Positions 26,326 through 39,246 of a DNA stretch of 64,000 nt are shown piece by piece (the first letter of the stretch is position 1; every line of letters begins with the position of its first letter). The notes below the pieces were generated by a model. That model was given only the letters and a program-made list of their open reading frames with translations. It did not search any database and was not told the DNA's origin. The translations under genes were made by a program, and so were the position numbers. This DNA comes from Auanema rhodensis (lineage: Eukaryota > Animalia > Nematoda), in NCBI GenBank assembly GCA_964057225.1, contig OZ059897.1, positions 2,542,001 through 2,606,000 on the forward strand, read 5' to 3'.

Positions 26326-29300
26326 AGTATAGTGCATTCGATGCGGATTTTTAAGCTGCGTTGATCTGTGTTATCAGATTTGAGTTAGCTTAAAAATGCA
26401 CCGAGATATCAACTGATATAGGTTCACACTTATATCCTCGATTTTCACCCTGAAGAAATGATTTTTTCGTTGAATAACATTGTCCATCGTCTTCGTCTTA
26501 AAAAAAGAAATCTAAAAACTCCTACTTTTTGTAAAATTATTTAGAAATTTTTCGGGAAAATTTTTGTCACAATGTTTTTGGAAGCAATGTTGAGTGTACA
26601 TGGGAACTCAACATACACTAATGCATTATTTTTCAAACGATCATAACTAATTTTTGTATAGAGCGTTTCTTAATGTAGTATAGTGCATTCGATGCGGATT
26701 TTTAAGCTGCGTTGATCTGTGTTATCAGATTTGAGTTAGCTTAAAAATGCACCGAGATATCAACTGATATATGTTCACACTTATATCCTCGATTTTCACC
26801 CTGAAGAAATGATTTTTTCGTTGAAAAACATTGTCCATCGTATTCGTCTTGAAAAAAGAAATCTAAAAACAGCTACTTTTTGTGAAATTATTCAGAAATT
26901 TTTCGGGAAAATTTTTGTCAAAATGTTTTTGGAAGCAATGTTGAGTGTACATGGGAACTCAACATACACTAATGCATTATTTTTCAAACGATCATAACTA
27001 ATTTTTGTATAGAGCGTTTCTCATTGTAGTATAGTGCATTCGATGCGGATTTTCAAGCTGCGTTGATCTGTGTTATCAGATTTGAGTTAACTTAAAAATG
27101 CACCGAGATATCAACTGATATAGGTTCACACTTGTATCCTCGATTTTCACCCTGAAGAAATGATTTTTTCGTTGAAAAACATTGTCCATCGTATTCGTCT
27201 TGAAAAAAGGAATCTAAAAACATCTACTTTTTGTAAAATTATTTAGAAATTTTTCGGGAAAATTTTTGTCAAAATGTTTTTGGAAGCAATGTTGAGTGTA
27301 CATGGGAACTCAACATACACTAATGCATTATTTTTCAAACGATCATAACTAATTTTTGTATAGAGCGTTTCTCAATGTAGTATAGTGCATTCGATGCGGA
27401 TTTTTAAGCTGCGTTGATCTGTGTTATCAGATTTGAGTTAACTTAAAAATGCACCGAGATATCAACTGATATATGTTCACACTTATATCCTCGATTTTCA
27501 CCCTGAAGAAATGATTTTTTCGTTGAAAAACATTGTCCATCGTATTCGTCTTGAAAAAAGAAATCTAAAAACATCTACTTTTTGTGAAATTATTTAGAAA
27601 TTTTTCGGGAAAATTTTTGTCAAAATGTTTTTGGAAGCAATGTTGAGTGTACATGGGAACTCAACATACACTAATGCATTATTTTTCAAACGATCATAAC
27701 TAATTTTTGTATAGAGCGTTTCTCATTGTAGTATAGTGCATTCGATGCGGATTTTCAAGCTGCGTTGATCTGTGTTATCAGATTTGAGTTAACTTAAAAA
27801 TGCACCGAGATATCAACTGATATAGGTTCACACTTATATCCTCGATTTTCACCCTGAAAAAATGATTTTTTCGTTGAATAACATTGTCCATCGTCTTCGT
27901 CTTGAAAAAAGGAATCTAAAAACATTTACTTTTTGTGAAATTAGTTAGAAATTTTTCGGGAAAATTTTTGTCAAAATGTTTTTGGAAGCAATGTTGAGTG
28001 TACATGGGAACTCAACATACACTAATGCATTATTTTTCAAACGATCATAACTAATTTTTGTATAGAGCGTTTCTCAATGTAGTATAGTGCATTCGATGCG
28101 GATTTTTAAGCTGCGTTGATCTGTGTTATCAGATTTGAGTTAACTTAAAAATGCACCGAGATATCAACTGATATATGTTCACACTTATATCCTCGATTTT
28201 CACCCTGAAGAAATGATTTTTTCGTTGAAAAACATTGTCCATCGTATTCGTCTTGAAAAAAGAAATCTAAAAACATCTACTTTTTGTGAAATTATTTAGA
28301 AATTTTTCGGGAAAATTTTTGTCAAAATGTTTTTGGAAGCAATGTTGAGTGTACATGGGAACTCAACATACACTAATGCATTATTTTTCAAACGATCATA
28401 ACTAATTTTTGTATAGAGCGTTTCTCAATGTAGTATAGTGCATTCGATGCGGATTTTTAAGCTGCGTTGATCTGTGTTATCAGATTTGAGTTAACTTAAA
28501 AATGCACCGAGATATCAACTGATATAGGTTCACACTTGTATCCTCGATTTTCACCCTGAAGAAATGATTTTTTCGTTGAAATACATTGTCCATCGTCTTT
28601 GCCTTGAAAAAAGAAATCTAAAAACTCCTACTTTTTGTGAAATTATTTAGAAATTTTTCGGGAAAATTTTTGTCAAAATGTTTTTGGAAGCAATGTTGAG
28701 TGTACATGGGAACTCAACATACACTAATGCATTATTTTTCAAACGATCATAACTAATTTTTGTATAGAGCGTTTCTCAATGTAGTGTAGTGCATTCGATG
28801 CGGATGTTTAAGCTGCGTTGATCTGTGTTATCAGATTTGAGTTAGCTTAAAAATGCACCGAGATATCAACTGATATAGGTTCACACTTATATCCTCGATT
28901 TTCACCCTGAAGAAATGATTTTTTCGTTGAATAACATTGTCCATCGTCTTCGTCTTAAAAAAAGAAATCTAAAAACTCCTACTTTTTGTAAAATTATTTA
29001 GAAATTTTTCGGGAAAATTTTTGTCACAATGTTTTTGGAAGCAATGTTGAGTGTACATGGGAACTCAACATACACTAATGCATTATTTTTCAAACGATCA
29101 TAACTAATTTTTGTATAGAGCGTTTCTTAATGTAGTATAGTGCATTCGATGCGGATTTTTAAGCTGCGTTGATCTGTGTTATCAGATTTGAGTTAGCTTA
29201 AAAATGCACCGAGATATCAACTGATATATGTTCACACTTATATCCTCGATTTTCACCCTGAAGAAATGATTTTTTCGTTGAAAAACATTGTCCATCGTAT

Positions 29301-32300
29301 TCGTCTTGAAAAAAGAAATCTAAAAACAGCTACTTTTTGTGAAATTATTCAGAAATTTTTCGGGAAAATTTTTGTCAAAATGTTTTTGGAAGCAATGTTG
29401 AGTGTACATGGGAACTCAACATACACTAATGCATTATTTTTCAAACGATCATAACTAATTTTTGTATAGAGCGTTTCTCATTGTAGTATAGTGCATTCGA
29501 TGCGGATTTTCAAGCTGCGTTGATCTGTGTTATCAGATTTGAGTTAACTTAAAAATGCACCGAGATATCAACTGATATAGGTTCACACTTGTATCCTCGA
29601 TTTTCACCCTGAAGAAATGATTTTTTCGTTGAAAAACATTGTCCATCGTATTCGTCTTGAAAAAAGAAATCTAAAAACATCTACTTTTTGTGAAATTATT
29701 TAGAAATTTTTCGGGAAAATTTTTGTCAAAATGTTTTTGGAAGCAATGTTGAGTGTACATGGGAACTCAACATACACTAATGCATTATTTTTCAAACGAT
29801 CATAACTAATTTTTGTATAGAGCGTTTCTCATTGTAGTATAGTGCATTCGATGCGGATTTTCAAGCTGCGTTGATCTGTGTTATCAGATTTGAGTTAACT
29901 TAAAAATGCACCGAGATATCAACTGATATAGGTTCACACTTATATCCTCGATTTTCACCCTGAAGAAATGATTTTTTCGTTGAATAACATTGTCCATCGT
30001 CTTCGTCTTGAAAAAAGGAATCTAAAAACATTTACTTTTTGTGAAATTAGTTAGAAATTTTTCGGGAAAATTTTTGTCAAAATGTTTTTGGAAGCAATGT
30101 TGAGTGTACATGGGAACTCAACATACACTAATGCATTATTTTTCAAACGATCATAACTAATTTTTGTATAGAGCGTTTCTCAATGTAGTATAGTGCATTC
30201 GATGCGGATTTTTAAGCTGCGTTGATCTGTGTTATCAGATTTGAGTTAACTTAAAAATGCACCGAGATATCAACTGATATATGTTCACACTTATATCCTC
30301 GATTTTCACCCTGAAGAAATGATTTTTTCGTTGAAAAACATTGTCCATCGTATTCGTCTTGAAAAAAGAAATCTAAAAACATCTACTTTTTGTGAAATTA
30401 TTTAGAAATTTTTCGGGAAAATTTTTGTCAAAATGTTTTTGGAAGCAATGTTGAGTGTACATGGGAACTCAACATACACTAATGCATTATTTTTCAAACG
30501 ATCATAACTAATTTTTGTATAGAGCGTTTCTCAATGTAGTATAGTGCATTCGATGCGGATTTTTAAGCTGCGTTGATCTGTGTTATCAGATTTGAGTTAA
30601 CTTAAAAATGCACCGAGATATCAACTGATATAGGTTCACACTTGTATCCTCGATTTTCACCCTGAAGAAATGATTTTTTCGTTGAAATACATTGTCCATC
30701 GTCTTTGCCTTGAAAAAAGAAATCTAAAAACTCCTACTTTTTGTGAAATTATTTAGAAATTTTTCGGGAAAATTTTTGTCAAAATGTTTTTGGAAGCAAT
30801 GTTGAGTGTACATGGGAACTCAACATACACTAATGCATTATTTTTCAAACGATCATAACTAATTTTTGTATAGAGCGTTTCTCAATGTAGTATAGTGCAT
30901 TCGATGCGGATTTTTAAGCTGCGTTGATCTGTGTTATCAGATTTGAGTTAGCTTAAAAATGCACCGAGATATCAACTGATATAGGTTCACACTTATATCC
31001 TCGATTTTCACCCTGAAGAAATGATTTTTTCGTTGAATAACATTGTCCATCGTCTTCGTCTTAAAAAAAGAAATCTAAAAACTCCTACTTTTTGTAAAAT
31101 TATTTAGAAATTTTTCGGGAAAATTTTTGTCACAATGTTTTTGGAAGCAATGTTGAGTGTACATGGGAACTCAACATACACTAATGCATTATTTTTCAAA
31201 CGATCATAACTAATTTTTGTATAGAGCGTTTCTTAATGTAGTATAGTGCATTCGATGCGGATTTTTAAGCTGCGTTGATCTGTGTTATCAGATTTGAGTT
31301 AGCTTAAAAATGCACCGAGATATCAACTGATATATGTTCACACTTATATCCTCGATTTTCACCCTGAAGAAATGATTTTTTCGTTGAAAAACATTGTCCA
31401 TCGTATTCGTCTTGAAAAAAGAAATCTAAAAACAGCTACTTTTTGTGAAATTATTCAGAAATTTTTCGGGAAAATTTTTGTCAAAATGTTTTTGGAAGCA
31501 ATGTTGAGTGTACATGGGAACTCAACATACACTAATGCATTATTTTTCAAACGATCATAACTAATTTTTGTATAGAGCGTTTCTCATTGTAGTATAGTGC
31601 ATTCGATGCGGATTTTCAAGCTGCGTTGATCTGTGTTATCAGATTTGAGTTAACTTAAAAATGCACCGAGATATCAACTGATATAGGTTCACACTTGTAT
31701 CCTCGATTTTCACCCTGAAGAAATGATTTTTTCGTTGAAAAACATTGTCCATCGTATTCGTCTTGAAAAAAGGAATCTAAAAACATCTACTTTTTGTAAA
31801 ATTATTTAGAAATTTTTCGGGAAAATTTTTGTCAAAATGTTTTTGGAAGCAATGTTGAGTGTACATGGGAACTCAACATACACTAATGCATTATTTTTCA
31901 AACGATCATAACTAATTTTTGTATAGAGCGTTTCTCAATGTAGTATAGTGCATTCGATGCGGATTTTTAAGCTGCGTTGATCTGTGTTATCAGATTTGAG
32001 TTAACTTAAAAATGCACCGAGATATCAACTGATATATGTTCACACTTATATCCTCGATTTTCACCCTGAAGAAATGATTTTTTCGTTGAAAAACATTGTC
32101 CATCGTATTCGTCTTGAAAAAAGAAATCTAAAAACATCTACTTTTTGTGAAATTATTTAGAAATTTTTCGGGAAAATTTTTGTCAAAATGTTTTTGGAAG
32201 CAATGTTGAGTGTACATGGGAACTCAACATACACTAATGCATTATTTTTCAAACGATCATAACTAATTTTTGTATAGAGCGTTTCTCATTGTAGTATAGT

Positions 32301-34047
32301 GCATTCGATGCGGATTTTCAAGCTGCGTTGATCTGTGTTATCAGATTTGAGTTAACTTAAAAATGCACCGAGATATCAACTGATATAGGTTCACACTTAT
32401 ATCCTCGATTTTCACCCTGAAGAAATGATTTTTTCGTTGAATAACATTGTCCATCGTCTTCGTCTTGAAAAAAGGAATCTAAAAACATTTACTTTTTGTG
32501 AAATTAGTTAGAAATTTTTCGGGAAAATTTTTGTCAAAATGTTTTTGGAAGCAATGTTGAGTGTACATGGGAACTCAACATACACTAATGCATTATTTTT
32601 CAAACGATCATAACTAATTTTTGTATAGAGCGTTTCTCAATGTAGTATAGTGCATTCGATGCGGATTTTTAAGCTGCGTTGATCTGTGTTATCAGATTTG
32701 AGTTAACTTAAAAATGCACCGAGATATCAACTGATATATGTTCACACTTATATCCTCGATTTTCACCCTGAAGGAATGATTTTTTCGTTGAAAAACATTG
32801 TCCAATGTCTTCGTCTTGAAAAAAGAAATCTAAAAACATCTACTTTTTGTCAAATTATTTAGAAATTTTTCGGGAAAATTTTTGTCAAAATGTTTTTGGA
32901 AGCAATGTTGAGTGTACATGGGAACTCAACATACACTAATGCATTATTTTTCAAACGATCATAACTAATTTTTGTATAGAGCGTTTCTCATTGTAGTATA
33001 GTGCATTCGATGCGGATTTTCAAGCTGCGTTGATCTGTGTTATCAGATTTGAGTTAACTTAAAAATGCACCGAGATATCAACTGATATAGGTTCACACTT
33101 ATATCCTCGATTTTCACCCTGAAGAAATGATTTTTTCGTTGAAAAACATTGTCCAATGTCTTCGTCTTGAAAAAAGAAATCTAAAAACATCTACTTTTTG
33201 TCAAATTATTCAGAAATTTTTCGGGAAAAGTTTTGTCAAAATGTTTTTGGAAGCAATGTTGAGTGTACATGGGAACTCAACATACACTAATGCATTATTT
33301 TTCAAACGATCATAACTAATTTTTGTATAGAGCGTTTCTCAATGTAGTATAGTGCATTCGATGCGGATTTTTAAGCTGCGTTGATCTGTGTTATCAGATT
33401 TGAGTTAACTTAAAAATGCACCGAGATATCAACTGATATATGTTCACACTTATATCCTCGATTTTCACCCTGAAGAAATGATTTTTTCGTTGAAAAACAT
33501 TGTCCATCGTATTCGTCTTGAAAAAAGAAATCTAAAAACATCTACTTTTTGTGAAATTATTTAGAAATTTTTCGGGAAAATTTTTGTCAAAATGTTTTTG
33601 GAAGCAATGTTGAGTGTACATGGGAACTCAACATACACTAATGCATTATTTTTCAAACGATCATAACTAATTTTTGTATAGAGCGTTTCTCAATGTAGTA
33701 TAGTGCATTCGATGCGGATTTTTAAGCTGCGTTGATCTGTGTTATCAGATTTGAGTTAACTTAAAAATGCACCGAGATATCAACTGATATAGGTTCACAC
33801 TTGTATCCTCGATTTTCACCCTGAAGAAATGATTTTTTCGTTGAAATACATTGTCCATCGTCTTTGCCTTGAAAAAAGAAATCTAAAAACTCCTACTTTT
33901 TGTGAAATTATTTAGAAATTTTTCGGGAAAATTTTTGTCAAAATGTTTTTGGAAGCAATGTTGAGTGTACATGGGAACTCAACATACACTAATGCATTAT
34001 TTTTCAAACGATCATAACTAATTTTTGTATAGAGCGTTTCTCAATGT
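26326..34047 (+). repeat. Higher-order repeat with variable unit length: 7-mer (26326-28782), 6-mer (28783-30888), 9-mer (30889-34047)
   Basis: Each unit has the same ordered markers: CTTAAAA/ACTCCT/TGTAAA/GTCACA monomer, ACAGCT monomer (ORFs 26809, 29266, 31372), ACATTT/TTAGTT monomer, and GAAATAC/TTTGCC monomer. Confidence 0.88.
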
Positions 34048-36153
34048 AGTATAGTGCATTCGATGCGGATTTTTAAGCTGCGTTGATCTGTGTTATCAGA
34101 TTTGAGTTAACTTAAAAATGCACCGAGATATCAACTGATATATGTTCACACTTATATCCTCGATTTTCACCCTGAAGAAATGATTTTTTCGTTGAAAAAC
34201 ATTGTCCATCGTATTCGTCTTGAAAAAAAAAATCTAAAAACATCTACTTTTTGTGAAATTATTCAGAAATTTTTCGGGAAAATTTTTGTCAAAATGTTTT
34301 TGGAAGCAATGTTGAGTGTACATGGGAACTCAACATACACTAATGCATTATTTTTCAAACGATCATAACTAATTTTTGTATAGAGCGTTTCTCATTGTAG
34401 TATAGTGCATTCGATGCGGATTTTCAAGCTGCGTTGATCTGTGTTATCAGATTTGAGTTAACTCAAAAATGCACCGAGATATCAACTGATATAGGTTCAC
34501 ACTTGTATCCTCGATTTTCACCCTGAAGAAATGATTTTTTCGTTGAAAAACATTGTCCATCGTATTCGTCTTGAAAAAAGGAATCTAAAAACATCTACTT
34601 TTTGTGAAATTATTTAGAAATTTTTCGGGAAAATTTTTGTCAAAATGTTTTTCGAAGCAATGTTGAGTGTACATGGGAACTCAACATACACTAATGCATT
34701 ATTTTTCAAACGATCATAACTAATTTTTGTATAGAGCGTTTCTCAATGTAGTATAGTGCATTCGATGCGGATTTTTAAGCTGCGTTGATCTGTGTTATCA
34801 GATTTGAGTTAACTTAAAAATGCACCGAGATATCAACTGATATAGGTTCACACTTATATCCTCGATTTTCACCCTGAAGAAATGATTTTTTCGTTGAATA
34901 ACATTGTCCATCGTCTTCGTCTTGAAAAAAGGAATCTAAAAACATCTACTTTTTGTGAAATTATCTAGAAATTTTTCGGGAAAATTTTTGTCAAAATGTT
35001 TTTGGAAGCAATGTTGAGTGTACATGGGAACTCAACATACACTAATGCATTATTTTTCAAACGATCATAACTAATTTTTGTATAGAGCGTTTCTCAATGT
35101 AGTATAGTGCATTCGATGCGGATTTTTAAGCTGCGTTGATCTGTGTTATCAGATTTGAGTTAACTTAAAAATGCACCGAGATATCAACTGATATATGTTC
35201 ACACTTATATCCTCGATTTTCACCCTGAAGAAATGATTTTTTCGTTGAAAAACATTGTCCATCGTATTCGTCTTGAAAAAAAAAATCTAAAAACATCTAC
35301 TTTTTGTGAAATTATTCAGAAATTTTTCGGGAAAATTTTTGTCAAAATGTTTTTGGAAGCAATGTTGAGTGTACATGGGAACTCAACATACACTAATGCA
35401 TTATTTTTCAAACGATCATAACTAATTTTTGTATAGAGCGTTTCTCATTGTAGTATAGTGCATTCGATGCGGATTTTTAAGCTGCGTTGATCTGTGTTAT
35501 CAGATTTGAGTTAACTTAAAAATGCACCGAGATATCAACTGATATATGTTCACACTTATATCCTCGATTTTCACCCTGAAGAAAGGATTTTTTCGTTCAA
35601 TAACATTGTCCATCGTCTTCGTCTTGAAAAAAGGAATCTAAAAACATCAACTTTTTGTGAAATTATTCAGAAATTTTTCGGGAAAATTTTTGTCAAAATG
35701 TTTTTGGAAGCAATGTTGAGTGTACATGGGAACTCAACATACACTAATGCATTATTTTTCAAACGATCATAACTAATTTTTGTAAGGAGCGTTTCTCAAT
35801 GTAGTATAGTGCATTCGATGCGGATTTTTAAGCTGCGTTGATCTGTGTTATCAGATTTGCGCTAGCTTAAAAATGCACCGAGTAATCAACTGATATAGGT
35901 TCACACTTATATCCTCGATTTTCACCCTGAAGAATTAATTTTTTCGTTGAATAACATTGTCCATCGTCTTTGCCTTGAAAAAAGAAATCTAAAAACTCCT
36001 ACTTTTTGTGAAATTATTTAGAAATTTTTCGGGAAAATTTTTGTCACAATGTTTTTGGAAGCAATGTTGAGTGTACATGGGAACTCAGCATACACTAATG
36101 CATTATTTTTCAAACGATCATAACTAATTTTTGTATAGAGCGTTTCTCAATGT

Positions 36154-37140
36154 AGTATAGTGCATTCGATGCGGATTTTTAAGCTGCGTTGATCTGTGTT
36201 ATCAGATTTGCGCTAGCTTAAAAATGCACCGAGTAATCAACTGATATAGGTTCACACTTATATCCTCGATTTTCACCCTGAAGAATTAATTTTTTCGTTG
36301 AATAACATTGTCCACCGTCTTTGCCTTGAAAAAAGAAATCTAAAAACTCCTACTTTTTGTGAAATTATTTAGAAATTTTTCCTTGAAAATTTTTGTCACA
36401 ATGTTTTTGGAAGCAATGTTGAGTGTACATGGGAACTCAACATACACTAATGCATTATTTTTCAAACGATCATAACTAATTTTTGTATAGAGCGTTTTTT
36501 AATGTAGTATAGTGCATTAATCAACTGATATAGGTTCACACTTATATCCTCGATTTTCACCCTGAAGAATTAATTTTTTCGTTGAATAACATTGTCCATC
36601 GTCTTTGCCTTGAAAAAAGAAATCTAAAAACTCCTACTTTTTGTGAAATTATTTAGAAATTTTTCGGGAAAATTTTTGTCACAATGTTTTTGGAAGCAAT
36701 GTTGAGTGTACATGGGAACTCAGCATACACTAATGCATTATTTTTCAAACGATCATAACTAATTTTTGTATAGAGCGTTTTTTAATGTAGTATAGTGCAT
36801 TCGATGCGGATTTTTAAGCTGCGTTGATCTGTGTTATCAGATTTGCGCTAGCTTAAAAATGCACCGAGTAATCAACTGATATAGGTTCACACTTATATCC
36901 TCGATTTTCACCCTGAAGAATTAATTTTTTCGTTGAATAACATTGTCCACCGTCTTTGCCTTGAAAAAAGAAATCTAAAAACTCCTACTTTTTGTGAAAT
37001 TATTTAGAAATTTTTCCTTGAAAATTTTTGTCACAATGTTTTTGGAAGCAATGTTGAGTGTACATGGGAACTCAACATACACTAATGCATTATTTTTCAA
37101 ACGATCATAACTAATTTTTGTATAGAGCGTTTTGTAATGT
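36154..37140 (+). repeat. Two 352-bp monomers (36154-36505, 36789-37140) flanking the deleted monomer
   Basis: TTTTTCCTTGAAAAT replaces TTTTTCGGGAAAAT at ~36381 and ~37016. The net shift +1-68+1 = -66 matches the ORF track (39028-35233 = 11x351-66). Confidence 0.93.
36506..36788 (+). repeat. Truncated 283-bp monomer with a 68-bp internal deletion
   Basis: Reads AGTATAGTGCATT|AATCAACTGATA at 36506-36530, so monomer positions 14-81 are missing (1-bp T ambiguity at the junction). The next monomer starts at 36789. Confidence 0.95.
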
Positions 37141-39246
37141 AGTATAGTGCATTCGATGCGGATTTTTAAGCTGCGTTGATCTGTGTTATCAGATTTGAGT
37201 TAGCTTAAAAATGCACCGAGATATCAACTGATATATGTTCACACTTATATCCTCGATTTTCACCCTGAAGAAATGATTTTTTCGTTGAAAAACATTGTCC
37301 ATCGTATTCGTCTTGAAAAAAGAAATCTAAAAACATCTACTTTTTGTGAAATTATTTAGAAATTTTTCGGGAAAATTTTTGTCAAAATGTTTTTGGAAGC
37401 AATGTTGAGTGTACATGGGAACTCAACATACACTAATGCATTATTTTTTAAACGATCATAACTAATTTTTGTATAGAGCGTTTCTCATTGTAGTATAGTG
37501 CATTCGATGTGGATTTTTAAGCTGCGTTGATCTGTGTTATCAGATTTGAGTTAACTTAAAAATGCACCGAGATATCAACTGATATAGGTTCACACTTATA
37601 TCCTCGATTTTCACCCTGAAGAAATGATTTTTTCGTTGAAAAACATTGTCCATCGTCTTCGTCTTGAAAAAAGGAATCTAAAAAGATCTACTTTTTGTGA
37701 AATTATTTAGAAATTTTTCGGGAAAATTTTTGTCAAAATGTTTTTGGAAGCAATGTTGAGTGTACATGGGAAATCAACATACACTAATGCATTATTTTTC
37801 AAACGATCATAACTAATTTTTGTTTAGATTGTTTCTCATTGTAGTATAGTGCATTCGATGCGGATTTTTAAGATGCGTTGATCTGTGTTATCAGATTTGA
37901 GTTAACTGAAAAATGCACCGAGATATCAACTGATATAGGTTCACACTTATATCCTCGATTTTCACCCTGAAGAAATGATTTTTTCGTTGAATAACATTGT
38001 CCATCGTCTTCGTCTTGAAAAAAGGAATCTAAAAACATCTACTTTCTGTGAAATTATTTAGAAATTTTTCGGGAAAATTTTTGTCACAATGTTTTTGGAA
38101 GCAATGTTGAGTGTACATGGGAACTCAGCATACACTAATGCATTATTTTTCAAACGATCATAACTAATTTCTGTATAGAGCGTTTCTCAATGTAGTATAG
38201 TGCATTCGATGCGGATTTTTAAGCTGCGTTGATCTGTGTTATCAGATTTGAGTTAGCTTAAAAATGCACCGAGATATCAACTGATATATGTTCACACTTA
38301 TATCCTCGATTTTCACCCTGAAGAAATGATTTTTTCGTTGAAAAACATTGTCCATCGTATTCGTCTTGCAAAAAGAAATCTAAAAACTTCTACTTTTTGT
38401 GAAATTATTTAGAAATTTTTCGGGAAAATTTTTGTCAAAATGTTTTTGGAAGCAATGTTGAGTGTACATGGGAACTCAACATACACTAATGCATTATTTT
38501 TCAAACGATCATAACTAATTTTTGTATAGAGCGTTTTTCATTGTAGTATAGTGCATTCGATGCGGATTTTTAAGCTGCGTTGATCTGTGTTATCAGATTT
38601 GAGTTAACTTAAAAATGCACCGAGATATCAACTGATATAGGTTCACACTTATATCCTCGATTTTCACCCTGAAGAAATGATTTTTTCGTTGAAAAACATT
38701 GTCCATCGTATTTGTCTTGAAAAAAGGAATCTAAAAACATCTACTTTTTGTGAAATTATTTAGAAATTTTTCGGGAAAATTTTTGTCAAAATGTTTTTGG
38801 AAGCAATGTTGAGTGTACATGGGAACTCAACATACACTAATGCATTATTTTTCAAACGATCATAACTAATTTTTGTATAGAGCGTTTCTCAATGTAGTAT
38901 AGTGCATTCGATGCGGATTTTTAAGCTGCGTTGATCTGTGTTATCAGATTTGAGTTAACTTAAAAATGCACCGAGATATCAACTGATATAGGTTCACACA
39001 TATATCCTCGATTTTCACCCTGAAGAAATGATTTTTTCGTTGAAAAACATTGTCCATCGTCTTCGTCTTGAAAAAAGGAATCTAAAAACATCTACTTTTT
39101 GTGAAATTATTCAGAAATTTTTCGGGAAAATTTTTGTCAAAATGTTTTTGGAAGCAATGTTGAGTGTACATGGGAACTCAACATACACTAATGCATTATT
39201 TTTCAAACGATCATAACTAATTTTTGTATGGAGCGTTTTTCAATGT

